Assembly: GCA_050329585.1 (NCBI GenBank)
Contig: JBHJOR010000032.1
Coordinates: forward strand, 1,228 to 65,227
Direction: 5' to 3'
DNA length: 64,000 nt
From: Candidatus Methylacidiphilales bacterium
Lineage (GTDB): Bacteria; Verrucomicrobiota; Verrucomicrobiia; Methylacidiphilales; JBCBYL01
The notes beneath the pieces are model-generated. The model saw nothing but the letters and a program-made list of their open reading frames with translations, made no database searches and was not told the origin of the DNA. A program made the translations under genes and the position numbers. Within the stretch, counting starts at the first letter, position 1. Every line of letters starts with the position of its first letter. This document shows positions 40,522-51,390 of the stretch, piece by piece.

Positions 40522-41115
40522 ATGTTAACGGATCGTTTCCTTTTTTCCGAAAGGCTTTTCTGTGCCCTACTGATGCTAACCCCATTTACTGGGGTGATTC
40601 CCATCTCCGCGCAGGATAAAAAAACCGAAAAATCCTCCGCCCCCCAAATCATCGAGCTCAAAACCCCAAAAACGGAAACCCCAAAAACAACCTCTTTCAC
40701 GGATGGAGCAAAATATAGTGACGCTTCCACCATGCTATTCAAGGGAGGTAAAACTTCCGCCACCGATTTAAAATCCCCTTTCGACACCTCCAAGTCTATC
40801 CCTCTTAAAACTTTCAAAACGGATAAGACCTTCCCCATCCGCAGTGCCTCCATCTCTACCGAGCCTTCATCGAAATTTTCAACCGCACAAAGTGCGTTCG
40901 AAAGTGATAAACAGAAAAAAATCCCTACCCTGCCTAGCGATCTTTCGATGGAACAGCGCAACCGGTTAGACGGGAAAATGTATCAAGGACCTGAAGCCGC
41001 CCATATTAAAGAAGAATTAAAGAAACAAAAGGATACCATCGTGGCTAAATGGCGTGAAAAGGCCGACACTACGTTGACCATCGAGGAAATACGGGAAATC
41101 CTCAATAAAGAATGA
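40522..41115 (+). CDS. Secreted Lys/Thr/Ser/Pro-rich hypothetical protein
   Basis: 197 aa; hydrophobic N-terminus ending ...IPISAQD; low complexity. It competes with antisense ORF 40515..40961; the strand choice is tentative. Confidence 0.4.
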   Translation: MLTDRFLFSERLFCALLMLTPFTGVIPISAQDKKTEKSSAPQIIELKTPKTETPKTTSFTDGAKYSDASTMLFKGGKTSATDLKSPFDTSKSIPLKTFKTDKTFPIRSASISTEPSSKFSTAQSAFESDKQKKIPTLPSDLSMEQRNRLDGKMYQGPEAAHIKEELKKQKDTIVAKWREKADTTLTIEEIREILNKE

Positions 41116-41135
41116 GATTCCCACAAAATGCCGTC

Positions 41136-41690
41136 TCAGGGATGGACTATAAACTCCGCAGCCGCCTTCACTTCGGGGTAATTTGAGAGGATCATGGCCA
41201 CTTTGTATTTTCCGGGACGGCATTTTTCGCGAATCAATTCCACCGGTAGCCCTTGCTTAAATTCGATCATTTCCCCGGCATTCAAAAAACTCATCCCGGT
41301 GGCCTGAACAAAGATTTTATCTTCGGACCAAAGATACAATAATTGATCGTCTGCGGTCACAATCGCCAAGTCGAACCGTTGAGCATCAGGAAAAGACAGC
41401 GTGTAATTGCGTGAGCCCTTGTTCTGAACCACCATCTGGCAGACCAGTTGTGCATCGGGCTGAGAAAGGCTGATTTCCACAGGTTCTATTTTCACGGTGG
41501 CATGAAGATCTTTTACATTTACCTCGTTGGCCTTTTGAACCCGCTCAGGATCTCCTGAAAAAATACTGAATCGTTTTCCGGGAGGATTGCGGAATGAATC
41601 GGGAACCACCGTTCTGGATGGGGAAATGTCCGCAGCCTGAACCCATGCCATGACACCCACTACCCCAACCACGATCAGTCCATATTTCAT
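41136..41690 (-). CDS. Secreted protein, possibly BsuPI-like (proteinase-inhibitor fold)
   Basis: Signal peptide MKYGLIVVGVVGVMAWVQA; NKGSRNYTLSFPDAQRFDLAIVTADDQLLYLWSEDKIFVQA resembles the BsuPI pattern. From memory only. Confidence 0.45.
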   Translation of the reverse strand: MKYGLIVVGVVGVMAWVQAADISPSRTVVPDSFRNPPGKRFSIFSGDPERVQKANEVNVKDLHATVKIEPVEISLSQPDAQLVCQMVVQNKGSRNYTLSFPDAQRFDLAIVTADDQLLYLWSEDKIFVQATGMSFLNAGEMIEFKQGLPVELIREKCRPGKYKVAMILSNYPEVKAAAEFIVHP

Positions 41691-41792
41691 GACGACATTA
41701 TGCCTGATATTCTCCGACTGGCAACCCTATGACGCATCACAACTCTTTACTCTTTACTTATGGATGAGAGCATCTTCTCTCACTATTAGAAG

Positions 41793-43574
41793 ATGAATAC
41801 CTCCGAGCTGCCGTATGCCGCCGGTGATCCACCCCTGAAACGACTCGGCAACCTGATACGCTTCGAGTCTTTTCTTTTAAGCCGCGCCATTTTTTTTCAG
41901 GTCATGCAGGCCGTCAGCTACATTCCGTTTTATGCGGGAGTGGGCATTTTGATTGATCACATCCTTGATAATAGCGCACTGAACACGAACGAAAAATACA
42001 CGTATATTCTGCTATACGCTGGAGCAAATTTAATGCTTTGGCCCATTCACGGCTGGTTTACCGTGCGCGCCTTTGCCAAAAGCCAGGAAATCGTTCGCGC
42101 CGTCACCGCGCGCCTGCGGCGCATGTTGGTGGATAAACTGCAAAGCATGTCACTGAGTTTTTTCACCCGACGCGGCGCCGGGGCTCTTTCCAATCAAGTC
42201 ACGGTTGATCTCAACCGTGTGGAAGCTTTTTTACATGGCATCGTCGGAAACTTCATTGTCCAGTTCAGCATTGGCGCAGCTGCCCTCGCTTACCTCTACC
42301 ACCTGAATGCACTGCTGGCCCTAATCACCAGCATGGCCATCCCCTTACAGATCGCAGTGGTGCGAGCCATGCGACAACGCATCGGCATACTCAACGCAAG
42401 GGTCCAGCAATCCGGCGAGTCGTTCTCAGAAAGAGTCGTGGAATTTATCGGCGGTATGCGAGTGACTAAGAGTATGGGTAATGAGGATTTGGCCGCCGCT
42501 CAACTAGCGGAATCGATTGAGCGCATGAGGGCCTCCGGCCTGGAGGCCAGTGTCACCATGCGCTGGGTCATGATGCTCATACAGTTTGCCGGTGAATATC
42601 TCGGCATCATAGTCTGGTGTGTGGGTGGATACCTCTATTTACAAGATGAGCTACGAATGGGCGAGCTGGTGGCTTTTACCGCACTACTGGGATTTGTGCG
42701 TATCGGCTTTGGCGCCTATTTTGGCGCTTATGATATGTGGATGCAGGCCCGTCCCGGCCTGGAAGCTCTTCTCTCTATTTTAGATTCCAAGGAAATCGAG
42801 GGCTTTCGTGATGCGCCACGCCACAAACGACTCACCGGCCACCTGCGGATTGAATCGGTCGATTTTAAATACCCTGAAACTGAAGTGGCTAACTATGCCC
42901 TTACTGGTCTCAATCTTGAAATTCCCTCCGGCCAGAGCGTGGGCTTGGTGGGTGAGACCGGCGCGGGGAAAAGCACTTTCTTGGATCTGCTGATGGGATT
43001 TTATCTACCCACCCGCGGACGTATTCTATACGATGGAGATGAACTTAAGCACATCGGTCTGCTCAATGTGCGCCGTTCCGTGGCTATTATGGGGCAGGAC
43101 TCGTTTCTCTGGAACACCACGGTGCGGGAAAACATCCGCTTCGGCCGCCCCACTGCTACCGATACAGAAGTGGAAAACGCCGCCCGTCAGGCCCAAGCCC
43201 ACGAATTCATCTCTAGACTCGATCAAGGCTACGATACGCTATGCGGAGAACGCGGAGGCCGACTGTCCGGGGGACAGCGCCAACGTATCGCTCTGGCTCG
43301 GGTCTTCCTGCGCGATCCTTCCATCGTCATTCTTGACGAGCCTACCAGCGCGCTGGACGTCGAAACCGAGGCCCGCTTGCAAAAAGATCTGGATCGGTTG
43401 TGCGAAGGACGCACCACTTTCATCGTGGCTCACCGTCTCACCACTTTAAGAAATGTGGAACGGGTGCTGGTATTTCAGGAAGGCCGTATTGTTGAAGACG
43501 GTAGCATTGAGAAGCTACTGGCAGTTCCAAATGGCCACTTCCGTCACCTCCATCAACTTCAATCTGAGCTATAA
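41793..43574 (+). CDS. ABC exporter, fused permease/ATPase (MsbA-like type I exporter)
   Basis: 593 aa; six-TM N-terminal half; GETGAGKST, LSGGQRQRIALAR, ILDEPTSALD. Confidence 0.92.
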   Translation: MNTSELPYAAGDPPLKRLGNLIRFESFLLSRAIFFQVMQAVSYIPFYAGVGILIDHILDNSALNTNEKYTYILLYAGANLMLWPIHGWFTVRAFAKSQEIVRAVTARLRRMLVDKLQSMSLSFFTRRGAGALSNQVTVDLNRVEAFLHGIVGNFIVQFSIGAAALAYLYHLNALLALITSMAIPLQIAVVRAMRQRIGILNARVQQSGESFSERVVEFIGGMRVTKSMGNEDLAAAQLAESIERMRASGLEASVTMRWVMMLIQFAGEYLGIIVWCVGGYLYLQDELRMGELVAFTALLGFVRIGFGAYFGAYDMWMQARPGLEALLSILDSKEIEGFRDAPRHKRLTGHLRIESVDFKYPETEVANYALTGLNLEIPSGQSVGLVGETGAGKSTFLDLLMGFYLPTRGRILYDGDELKHIGLLNVRRSVAIMGQDSFLWNTTVRENIRFGRPTATDTEVENAARQAQAHEFISRLDQGYDTLCGERGGRLSGGQRQRIALARVFLRDPSIVILDEPTSALDVETEARLQKDLDRLCEGRTTFIVAHRLTTLRNVERVLVFQEGRIVEDGSIEKLLAVPNGHFRHLHQLQSEL

Positions 43575-43603
43575 AAAAGCGGGCGGTTTGAACCGCCCGC
43601 TTT
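43573..43603. terminator. Rho-independent terminator between the convergent ABC exporter and nrdB
   Basis: AAAAAAGCGGGCGG TTTGAA CCGCCCGCTTTT: 9-bp GC stem flanked by an A-run and a T-run, so usable on both strands. Confidence 0.7.
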
Positions 43604-43658
43604 TAGGAGGTATGGGTTATGAGTCGCTTTACGCGAAAGGGTTTTAGCCGCGCATGAA

Positions 43659-44720
43659 TTACCAGCTCAGCGTGCCCCCGGTCTGATACTCAGTGACACG
43701 GGTTTCGAAAAAGTTCTTCTCTTTGCCCAGATCAATCGTTTCACTCATCCAAGGGAAAGGATTCTTGGTGTGATAAGCCTTGTTGAGCCCAATGCGTTCC
43801 AGGCGGCGATCCGCGATGAATCCGACATACTGACGGAACAGTCCCGAGTTCAGCCCGAGGATACCGTTGGGCAAACAATCCTCAGCATATTGGATTTCGA
43901 GTTCCACCGCTTTTTCAATAAGATCCTGCATTTTCTGCTGAAACTCGGGTGTCCAAGCTTCGGGGTTTTCTGATTTGATGCCGTTGATCAAATCGATACC
44001 GAAATTGAGGTGGGTGGATTCATCTCGCATGATGTATTGGAATTGCTCACCAATTCCCGTCATGCGGTTCTGACGGTGGAAGGAGAGCATCATCACAAAT
44101 CCGGAGTAGAAAAAAAGACCCTCCATGATGACGTAGAAACCGATCAGGTTTTCCAGGAACTTCTGCACACCCTCCGTGGTGTCGGTGTTGAAGTTGGGAT
44201 CCATGAGATCCTTGGTGAGCTTCATCTCAAACTCATCTTTTTCACTGATGGAATTGACCTCGTGATACATGTTGAAAATCTCGCGCTCGTCGAGAGCGAG
44301 AGACTCGCAAATGTAGTGAAAGGTATGGGTGTGGATGGCCTCTTCGAACGCTTGACGCAGTAGATATTGTCGGCACTCCGGATTGGTAACATGCTCGAAA
44401 ATGGCCAGCACGATATTGTTTCCAACCAGGCTTTCCGCTGTGGAGAAGAAGCCCAGATTGCGCATGATGACGCGGCGTTCATCGGAGGTCAGTTTATTAG
44501 ATTTCCAGAGTTCAATATCTTTTTGCATACCCACTTCGGTCGGCATCCAGTGGTTAGCGCACCCGTTGAGATAGTGTTCCCAAGCCCATTGGTATTTGAT
44601 GGGCATGAGCTGGTTGACATCGACCGCTTTGCAGTTGATGAGGCGTTTGTCTTCGACGTTGATCTGACGGCTCAGATCCCAGGCTTTGGCTTTTTCTCCG
44701 GTATGGTTACAGCATGACAT
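43659..44720 (-). CDS. nrdB: Ribonucleotide reductase class I beta subunit
   Basis: 353 aa; di-iron ligand contexts [10 protein letters not shown] and [10 protein letters not shown]. Confidence 0.96.
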   Translation of the reverse strand: MSCCNHTGEKAKAWDLSRQINVEDKRLINCKAVDVNQLMPIKYQWAWEHYLNGCANHWMPTEVGMQKDIELWKSNKLTSDERRVIMRNLGFFSTAESLVGNNIVLAIFEHVTNPECRQYLLRQAFEEAIHTHTFHYICESLALDEREIFNMYHEVNSISEKDEFEMKLTKDLMDPNFNTDTTEGVQKFLENLIGFYVIMEGLFFYSGFVMMLSFHRQNRMTGIGEQFQYIMRDESTHLNFGIDLINGIKSENPEAWTPEFQQKMQDLIEKAVELEIQYAEDCLPNGILGLNSGLFRQYVGFIADRRLERIGLNKAYHTKNPFPWMSETIDLGKEKNFFETRVTEYQTGGTLSW

Positions 44721-44778
44721 AGTTTTGTTCCTTTTGACTTATGGTGATTTGATATTGCTTAATGAGGATCACGGGCGT

Positions 44779-47655
44779 TTATTGACAGGCTTCGCATTCT
44801 GGATCGCTGAGCAGACAGGCCTTGGGCGTGGCGGCTGCGGTCATCGACGCTTCACGGTGGACTTCAATTTCAGAAGAGGCTGATTTGCTCTTCATCCAGC
44901 GCGGTTGCAGTCCGCGCTTGTTAATATCCATGGTGGATTTTTCGATCTGGGTGGCAGCCAGCGAGCGTAGGTAGTAGGTGGTTTTGAGACCCTTTTCCCA
45001 AGCGAACTGATACATATTGGATAGCGTTTTGCCATCCGGTTTGCAGATATAGAGGTTGAGGCTCTGTCCCATATCGATCCATTTTTGACGGCGGCTGGCA
45101 CATTCAATAAGCCAGCGTGCTTCCAATTCAAAGGCGGTGATGAATAGTCGCTTAACGTCTTCGGGGATGCGATCGATGGCATCAATCGATCCATCATAAT
45201 ACTTTAGATCATCGATCATTTCTTCATCCCACAATCCCCGCTTCTTGAGTTCATTGACCAGATAGACATTGGCCACCGTGAACTCTCCAGACAGGTTGGA
45301 TTTGACAAAGAGATGTTTGTAGGCGGGCTCGATCGATTGGCTCACTCCGGATATGTTGGATATGGTGGCCGTGGGTGCGATGGCCATGGTATTGGAATTT
45401 CTCATGCCATGGTTGCGAATAGCTTCCCGCACTAGATCCCAGTTTTTTGTACTGCTGCGATCCATATCCACATAACCCCCGCGCTCCTGCTCCAACAGGT
45501 CAATGGTGTCGATGGGCAAGAGGCCGCGCGACCACTTCGAGCCCGCATACGAGCTGTAGGTTCCACGTTCTGCGGCCAGTTGGGTTGAAGCGAGGATTGC
45601 ATAGTAGGAAACCGCTTCCATGCTCAAATCGGAGAATTCAACCGCCTCCATGGATGCATAAGAAAGACCGAGTTCGTATAGCGCGTCCTGAAAGCCCATG
45701 ATACCCAATCCGATTGGCCGATGTTGAAGGTTGGAATGCTGCGCTTCGGAAGTCGGGTAATAGTTGATGTCGATTACGTTGTCGAGCATCCGTATGGCGG
45801 TGGTGATCGTCTGTTCCAGCAGAACCTCATCCAGACCGGAGCGGTCTTTGTTGATGTGACGCACCAGATTGATGGAACCCAAGTTGCAGACGGCGGTTTC
45901 ATCCTTGCTGGTATTGAGCAGGATTTCCGTGCAGAGGTTTGAGCTGTGCACCACTCCTTGATGATCCTGTGGACTGCGCACGTTAGAAGGATCCTTGAAG
46001 GTGAACCAGGGATGTCCGGTCTCAAAGAGCATGGTCAGCATTTTACGATAGAGCGTGGAAGCTTCCATCTGCTTGAAGAGTTTGATTTTGCCCTCAGCCA
46101 CCATGGATTCGTATTCTTCATAGCGTTTTTCGAACGCTGAGCCGAAGAGATCATGCAAATCGGGGGTTTCACTGGGATCAAAGAGGGTCCACATGGCATT
46201 TTGTTGAACCCTTTTCATGAAAAGGTCGGGTATCCAGTTGGCGGTGTTCATGTCATGCGTGCGCCGACGCTCGTCACCTGTGTTCTTTCTGAGTTCTAAA
46301 AAGTCCTCAATGTCGAGATGCCAGGTTTCAAGGTAGGCGCACATAGCGCCTTTGCGTTTACCACCTTGGTTAACCGCCACGGCGGTGTCATTGGCCACTT
46401 TGAGAAATGGAATAACCCCTTGGCTGGTGCCGTTGGTTCCTTTGATATGAGATCCCGTGGCCCGAACATTGGTCCAGTCATTGCCCAAGCCGCCAGCCCA
46501 CTTGGAGAGACGCGCATCATCAGAAACTACTTTAAAGATGTGATCCAGGTCATCCATCACGGTGCTCAAATAACAGGAGCTTAATTGAGGGTGCCGGGTT
46601 CCTGAATTGAACAGTGTTGGAGTAGAGGAAACGAAATAGAATTGACTGAGCACATTGTAAAACTCAATAGCTCGCTCTTCTTTCTGGTCTCCTTCGTTCA
46701 AAGCCAATCCCATGGCCACACGCATCCAGAAATATTGCGGGGATTCAATCCGGCGGCCTTCATGGTGAAGGAGGTAACGATCATAAACCGTCTGCAAACC
46801 CAGATAGGTAAAGGCCAGGTCACGTTCAAGCACCAAGGCTTGGGCTATTTTCTCAATATTAAATTCTTTCAATCGTGGACTGAGCCGTTCGACCTGAATC
46901 CCGAAATTGATATACTTGGCAAATCCATCACGGTGCAGCACTTTTAATTCCACATGGTTAAAGTCTTGCTGCAGCACTTCACGATAAATGGTATCGAGAA
47001 GTAATCGGGCGGAAACGAAGCTGTAACCCGGCTCCCGCTCAATCCGCGCTTTGGCCGCCATCACCAATGCCTGATCGACTTCTTTTTGGTGCACTCCGTT
47101 GTAGAGATTCTGCACCGCCTCATCACAGATTTCCTGGGAAGAACAGACGGACTCCAAACCGCGGCAGGCGCGAATGACTTTGCGACGCAGCCGCTGTAAA
47201 TCAACGGCCACACTTCGACCGTCACTGGTCAGCATAGAAATGGCAGGCTCGGAAGCCTCAGTCACTTTTTCACCGCGCAACGCCCGGGCTTTTTTGCGTT
47301 CTTCTCGATACACGATGTAACGGCGCGCTACGGAATGGCAGCCAGAATCCATCAGCTGCGTCTCCACCCAATCCTGAATACGCTCAACTTCCAACTCCTC
47401 CCCATGCACGGCACTGACCAACGCTTTCTGAACCACTGCAAGGGCGATCTCCTTGACTTTCTGCCGGTCTCCTTCGCTCAATTCCGAGGCGGCATCCAGT
47501 CCCACATCTGCTCTAAAAGCACTCTCTATGGCCAGTAGTATCCGTTGGTCATTGAAGGATTCCTGACGACCATCGCGCTTGCGAACCGTGAATTCTTTTC
47601 CGGCCAAAGGATCGACCCCATTTAAATCTAACTGACCTTGCGGCGCATCACTCAT
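44779..47655 (-). CDS. nrdA: Ribonucleotide reductase class I alpha subunit
   Basis: ATP-cone ([18 protein letters not shown]), NLCTEI active site, C-terminal CEAC pair. Start set at ATG 47655 (or 47670), because the longer ORF would run through the predicted promoter and NrdR box. Confidence 0.96.
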   Translation of the reverse strand: MSDAPQGQLDLNGVDPLAGKEFTVRKRDGRQESFNDQRILLAIESAFRADVGLDAASELSEGDRQKVKEIALAVVQKALVSAVHGEELEVERIQDWVETQLMDSGCHSVARRYIVYREERKKARALRGEKVTEASEPAISMLTSDGRSVAVDLQRLRRKVIRACRGLESVCSSQEICDEAVQNLYNGVHQKEVDQALVMAAKARIEREPGYSFVSARLLLDTIYREVLQQDFNHVELKVLHRDGFAKYINFGIQVERLSPRLKEFNIEKIAQALVLERDLAFTYLGLQTVYDRYLLHHEGRRIESPQYFWMRVAMGLALNEGDQKEERAIEFYNVLSQFYFVSSTPTLFNSGTRHPQLSSCYLSTVMDDLDHIFKVVSDDARLSKWAGGLGNDWTNVRATGSHIKGTNGTSQGVIPFLKVANDTAVAVNQGGKRKGAMCAYLETWHLDIEDFLELRKNTGDERRRTHDMNTANWIPDLFMKRVQQNAMWTLFDPSETPDLHDLFGSAFEKRYEEYESMVAEGKIKLFKQMEASTLYRKMLTMLFETGHPWFTFKDPSNVRSPQDHQGVVHSSNLCTEILLNTSKDETAVCNLGSINLVRHINKDRSGLDEVLLEQTITTAIRMLDNVIDINYYPTSEAQHSNLQHRPIGLGIMGFQDALYELGLSYASMEAVEFSDLSMEAVSYYAILASTQLAAERGTYSSYAGSKWSRGLLPIDTIDLLEQERGGYVDMDRSSTKNWDLVREAIRNHGMRNSNTMAIAPTATISNISGVSQSIEPAYKHLFVKSNLSGEFTVANVYLVNELKKRGLWDEEMIDDLKYYDGSIDAIDRIPEDVKRLFITAFELEARWLIECASRRQKWIDMGQSLNLYICKPDGKTLSNMYQFAWEKGLKTTYYLRSLAATQIEKSTMDINKRGLQPRWMKSKSASSEIEVHREASMTAAATPKACLLSDPECEACQ

Positions 47656-47693
47656 AGGATTTTCTTTCATTCTTAGTGTTTGTTGTAAATAAG

Positions 47694-47741
47694 ATACAAT
47701 ATATAGTGTCTCGTCTGTTTGTAGGACACAATTACTAGTCT
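47694..47741. promoter_or_regulatory. Tandem NrdR-box-like palindromes, proximal pair
   Basis: ATACAATATATAGTGT (47694-47709; 15/16 to the acaCwAtATaTwGtgt consensus on the reverse complement) and ACACAATTACTAGTCT (47726-47741; about 12/16). Starts are 32 bp apart. Confidence 0.6.
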
Positions 47742-47759
47742 TCATTTTTCCTATGTCAA
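47731..47759 (-). promoter_or_regulatory. Candidate nrdAB promoter
   Basis: Reverse strand: TTGACA (47759-47754), 16-17 nt spacer, TAGTAAT (47737-47731). The -10 overlaps the weaker proximal NrdR box. Confidence 0.4.
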
Positions 47760-47778
47760 TCAAGTTGATATAAAAAAA

Positions 47779-47826
47779 ACGCTATATATTGTGTTCCCTT
47801 AGCTTACTTACCACTAGATGTATCTC
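47779..47826. promoter_or_regulatory. Tandem NrdR-box-like palindromes, distal pair
   Basis: ACGCTATATATTGTGT (47779-47794; 15/16) and a weak half-site-like CCACTAGATGTATCTC (47811-47826; about 9/16), again with starts 32 bp apart. Confidence 0.45.
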
Positions 47827-48317
47827 AGTTCAGAAAAAGACTTCAACCACTTACATTCTATACTTTAACCTTATAATTTAAGTTTTTGTCTGTTATGGAT
47901 TCTATTTCTAATTAAAAATAAGCGAAAAGGTATATGCTAACTCTTTTATTCTTTCCTCGCGTAACACCATTTATGCCAGCAGCTAGCCCGTGGGTCATTT
48001 TTTATCCTGTTCTTCGCTAATCCCAAAACGTCGATTTTCGGTGCTGCTCCGATTATGTCTTCAAACCCAGTCAAAATTAGGAGTTGTCCCACTGGATTCA
48101 TGACACGCAGCTCTCTTCAGCTTTTGCAGGAAACGACCGATTGCTCAACCGGGATTTATTCAGCACATTGGGGTAAGCAATACCCCTTATTTTATTCGAT
48201 TAGAAGTGCTTGACGCCGCCAGCCAAAATCCACATCTTCATTCGAGAAACTTTTGACACATATTAACGTAATAAATAGCTCTGCTCCTTTTATTTTAAGA
48301 CTGGCACCGATTCAACC

Positions 48318-50705
48318 ATGAACCCTTCTACTACCTTCCTTTTAAAGCGGTGCCTCGCTCTCTACGTAATAACGGTGCTGCTGCTCGTTTCTACCTCGCC
48401 GGTTAATTCCCAAGAGACTACTGACGCTCAAAACAAAACCGTCATTCAGCCGCCCTCCTCTGCCTTAGAGGATCCTTCTGCCCGTGGCCCCGTGGTCAAA
48501 GAAATCGAGATCGAGTTTGTCGGCGCAAAGACAGTGGATCGCAGCCTCATCATCTCCAACATGCGCACGACGGTGGGGCAGCCTTATTCACTCTCGGCCG
48601 TGCAGGAAGATGTTCGCAACCTTTATGCTACCGGGCTTTTTGTTAACCTCAGGATCTATGATGAACCGCTGGCTGATGGTGTTAAAGTGGTGGTCATTGT
48701 ACAGCCCAAGCCCGTTGTCAAACAGATCGTCGTCAACGGTGCCAACAAAATCAAAGAACGCGTCATCCTTAAAAAAATCAAAAGCAAAGCCGGAGACCCC
48801 CTCAGTGAACAGCAGGTGGCCGACGACGCACGTGAAGTTAAAGACTATCTTCAAAACAAGGGCTTTTTTGAATCCCAAGTTGAATACAAAATCGATGTTA
48901 ATGAGCAGGTCGGACGTGCTGTAGTCACCTTCACCGTCCGGGAAGGATCCCGCTCCTTCATCCGCCATGTCACGTTCAAAGGTAACGACACCTTCGAAGA
49001 AAAAGAGCTGCGTAAAGGCTTTACCACCCGAAAGAAAAACCTCTTCTCCTTTCTCAACAAATCAGGCGTTTTCAAGCAGGAAGAACTGGATGCCGATTTG
49101 AAAAAACTGCGCGATTTTTACCACAGCAACGGCTACATTGACTTCGCGGTTAAAGACATCGTTTACACCTATCCCGAAGAAGACACCATCGACATCGAAA
49201 TCCAAGTCTTTGAAGGCATTCCTTACTCCATTGGTGAAGTCAGCGTCAAAGGCAACACCCTTTACACTCGCGAGCAGGTCATGGATCGACTGACCATGAT
49301 CGAAACTGGCGTCTTTTCCCCCCAAGGCCTCGAAAAGGACGTTGAAAGTATCAAGGATCTTTACGGTGAAAACGGATATATCGAAGCCGATGTGCGGCCC
49401 ATCCGCCAGCCTAACATCGAAAGCGGACGCATGGATATCCTCTACGAAATCGTTGAAAACTCCCAGTCCTACGTCGACAAAATTATCATTCAAGGAAACA
49501 ACCGCACTAAAGATAAAGTCCTGAGGCGCGAACTTGCCGTGGCTCCGGGTGAAGTCTATGACTCCGTCCGGGTGGACGCCAGTAAGACCCGTCTCGAAAA
49601 CCTCGGCTATTTTTCCAAAGTGGATACCAGCCCACGCGATACCTCGGTTCCCAACCGCAAAGATCTGGTCGTCACGGTTGAGGAACAGCGCACGGGATCG
49701 GTTACCTTCGGAGCTGGTTTCAGCACGGTGGACAGCATTCTCGGATTTGCCGAAGTGACTCAAGGTAACTTTGATTGGGCCAACTGGCCGAGCTTCACCG
49801 GTGCCGGACAAAAATTCCGCGCTCGTATCCAATACGGTTTGCGTCGTCGCGATGCCTTACTCAGTTGGACTGAGCCTTGGTTCCTTGACCGTCAGGTCTC
49901 CTTCGGATTCGACCTCTTCTACAACGAAGCCAGCTTCCTGAGCGATGAATATGATCAGCGTCGCTACGGTGCCGCCATTCGCGTCGGCAAAGCCCTAAAC
50001 CAGTTCTGGCGGGTCGGCTTGCGTTACCAGATTGAGGAAATATCCATCTTCGATGTTAAGAACGACGCCCCCTTCCCTATTCGGGAAGAAGAAGGCACCC
50101 GTTCTAAAAGCTCAGTTCGCGGAACCCTCACCTATGATTCGCGTGACAACCTCTTCCTGACCCGTTCAGGAGAAAAAGTGGAATTCGCTGCAGAAGGCGC
50201 TGGGGGTCCTCTCGGATTTGAAACCGACATTTGGAAACTGGAGTTCGAAGCCCAAAAATGGTGGGAACTTCCCTGGGATCTCATCTTCAGCCTGCGGGGA
50301 GTTACCGGCGTGGCGGACAGCTTCGGCGACTCGGATCGTGTCCCCCTCTTTGACCGATTCTTTATTGGCGGATCACGTAGCGTTCGCGGCTTTGGATTCC
50401 GCGATGTAGGTCCCCGTATTGAGGGTGAACCTATCGGCGGGCGCACCATGGGATATGGTAATGCTGAAATCACCTTTCCCATCATGGATCGCGTCCGAGG
50501 TGCTGTGTTCATGGATGCAGGCTTCAATAACACCGGCGTATTCGACTACTCGATGGACAACATCAATGTCGGAACCGGTATCGGCCTTCGCATGAATCTT
50601 CCCATTGGCCCCCTTCGATTCGATCTTGGTTTCCCGGTAGTGGTGGATGAAAATAACGAGATTGGCGACATGGAATTCCACTTCGATGTCGGTTACCAAT
50701 TTTAA
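48318..50705 (+). CDS. bamA: Outer membrane protein assembly factor BamA
   Basis: 795 aa; signal peptide, repeated POTRA-like units, C-terminal Omp85 barrel ending ...HFDVGYQF. Confidence 0.95.
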   Translation: MNPSTTFLLKRCLALYVITVLLLVSTSPVNSQETTDAQNKTVIQPPSSALEDPSARGPVVKEIEIEFVGAKTVDRSLIISNMRTTVGQPYSLSAVQEDVRNLYATGLFVNLRIYDEPLADGVKVVVIVQPKPVVKQIVVNGANKIKERVILKKIKSKAGDPLSEQQVADDAREVKDYLQNKGFFESQVEYKIDVNEQVGRAVVTFTVREGSRSFIRHVTFKGNDTFEEKELRKGFTTRKKNLFSFLNKSGVFKQEELDADLKKLRDFYHSNGYIDFAVKDIVYTYPEEDTIDIEIQVFEGIPYSIGEVSVKGNTLYTREQVMDRLTMIETGVFSPQGLEKDVESIKDLYGENGYIEADVRPIRQPNIESGRMDILYEIVENSQSYVDKIIIQGNNRTKDKVLRRELAVAPGEVYDSVRVDASKTRLENLGYFSKVDTSPRDTSVPNRKDLVVTVEEQRTGSVTFGAGFSTVDSILGFAEVTQGNFDWANWPSFTGAGQKFRARIQYGLRRRDALLSWTEPWFLDRQVSFGFDLFYNEASFLSDEYDQRRYGAAIRVGKALNQFWRVGLRYQIEEISIFDVKNDAPFPIREEEGTRSKSSVRGTLTYDSRDNLFLTRSGEKVEFAAEGAGGPLGFETDIWKLEFEAQKWWELPWDLIFSLRGVTGVADSFGDSDRVPLFDRFFIGGSRSVRGFGFRDVGPRIEGEPIGGRTMGYGNAEITFPIMDRVRGAVFMDAGFNNTGVFDYSMDNINVGTGIGLRMNLPIGPLRFDLGFPVVVDENNEIGDMEFHFDVGYQF

Positions 50706-50749
50706 TATTGTCCTTCCCGCTGCATCCGTTACATCTTGATACACAACAT

Positions 50750-51322
50750 ATGAGAAAACTTGCCTCCCTCCTCACCGCATTGGTCTTGATAACCACGCTT
50801 TCGCCCCTGTCCCTCAACGCCGCAGACATGAAAATCGCGGTGGTGGACATGCAAAAAATCTTCAAAGAGTATAAGAAAACTCAAGAAGCTGACACCAAGC
50901 TCAAAGAGCAAATGAACAGCTACAAGACCGAGCGTGACGGCCGCATGGAAGATTACCGCAAACTGGTCGACCAAATCAAAAATCTCCGCGATGGAGCCCA
51001 AGATCCTTCACTGAGTGCCGACGCTCGGAAAGAAAAAGAACTCAAATTACAGGAAAAAGTAGGTGAAGCCCAACAGCGCGAACGCGAAATCCGTGAGTTT
51101 GACGCCACCACACAAAAACTCTTCGCGGATCAATCCAAAAGAATGCGCGATAAAATCCTGGAAGAAATTCAGGGTGAATTAAATAAATTTGCTAAAGGCA
51201 AATACACCATGATCTTTGATCAATCCGGAATGACTCTCAACGGAACCGCCACACTGATTTATCAGGAAGGCCTTACCGACATCAGCGACGAGCTCATTAA
51301 ATTGCTCAACGCCAAGCCCTAA
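50750..51322 (+). CDS. skp: OmpH/Skp periplasmic chaperone
   Basis: Signal peptide MRKLASLLTALVLITTLSPLSLNA, then KIAVVDMQKIFKEYKKT and a long charged coiled region; bamA-skp-lpxD synteny. Confidence 0.85.
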   Translation: MRKLASLLTALVLITTLSPLSLNAADMKIAVVDMQKIFKEYKKTQEADTKLKEQMNSYKTERDGRMEDYRKLVDQIKNLRDGAQDPSLSADARKEKELKLQEKVGEAQQREREIREFDATTQKLFADQSKRMRDKILEEIQGELNKFAKGKYTMIFDQSGMTLNGTATLIYQEGLTDISDELIKLLNAKP

Positions 51323-51390
51323 GTTTTTTGTCTTGGATTGATTTAAGAAATCACCAAGAGAGTCTCCTCAATCTTACTTCCCTGAATCAC

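Noticed and set aside
47656-47763. 36-codon upstream extension of nrdA
   Set aside because: It would include the predicted -35/-10 and a NrdR box. The ATP-cone begins shortly after the Met at 47655.
49062-49832. 256-aa minus-strand ORF
   Set aside because: It is antisense inside bamA, which has full-length family similarity.
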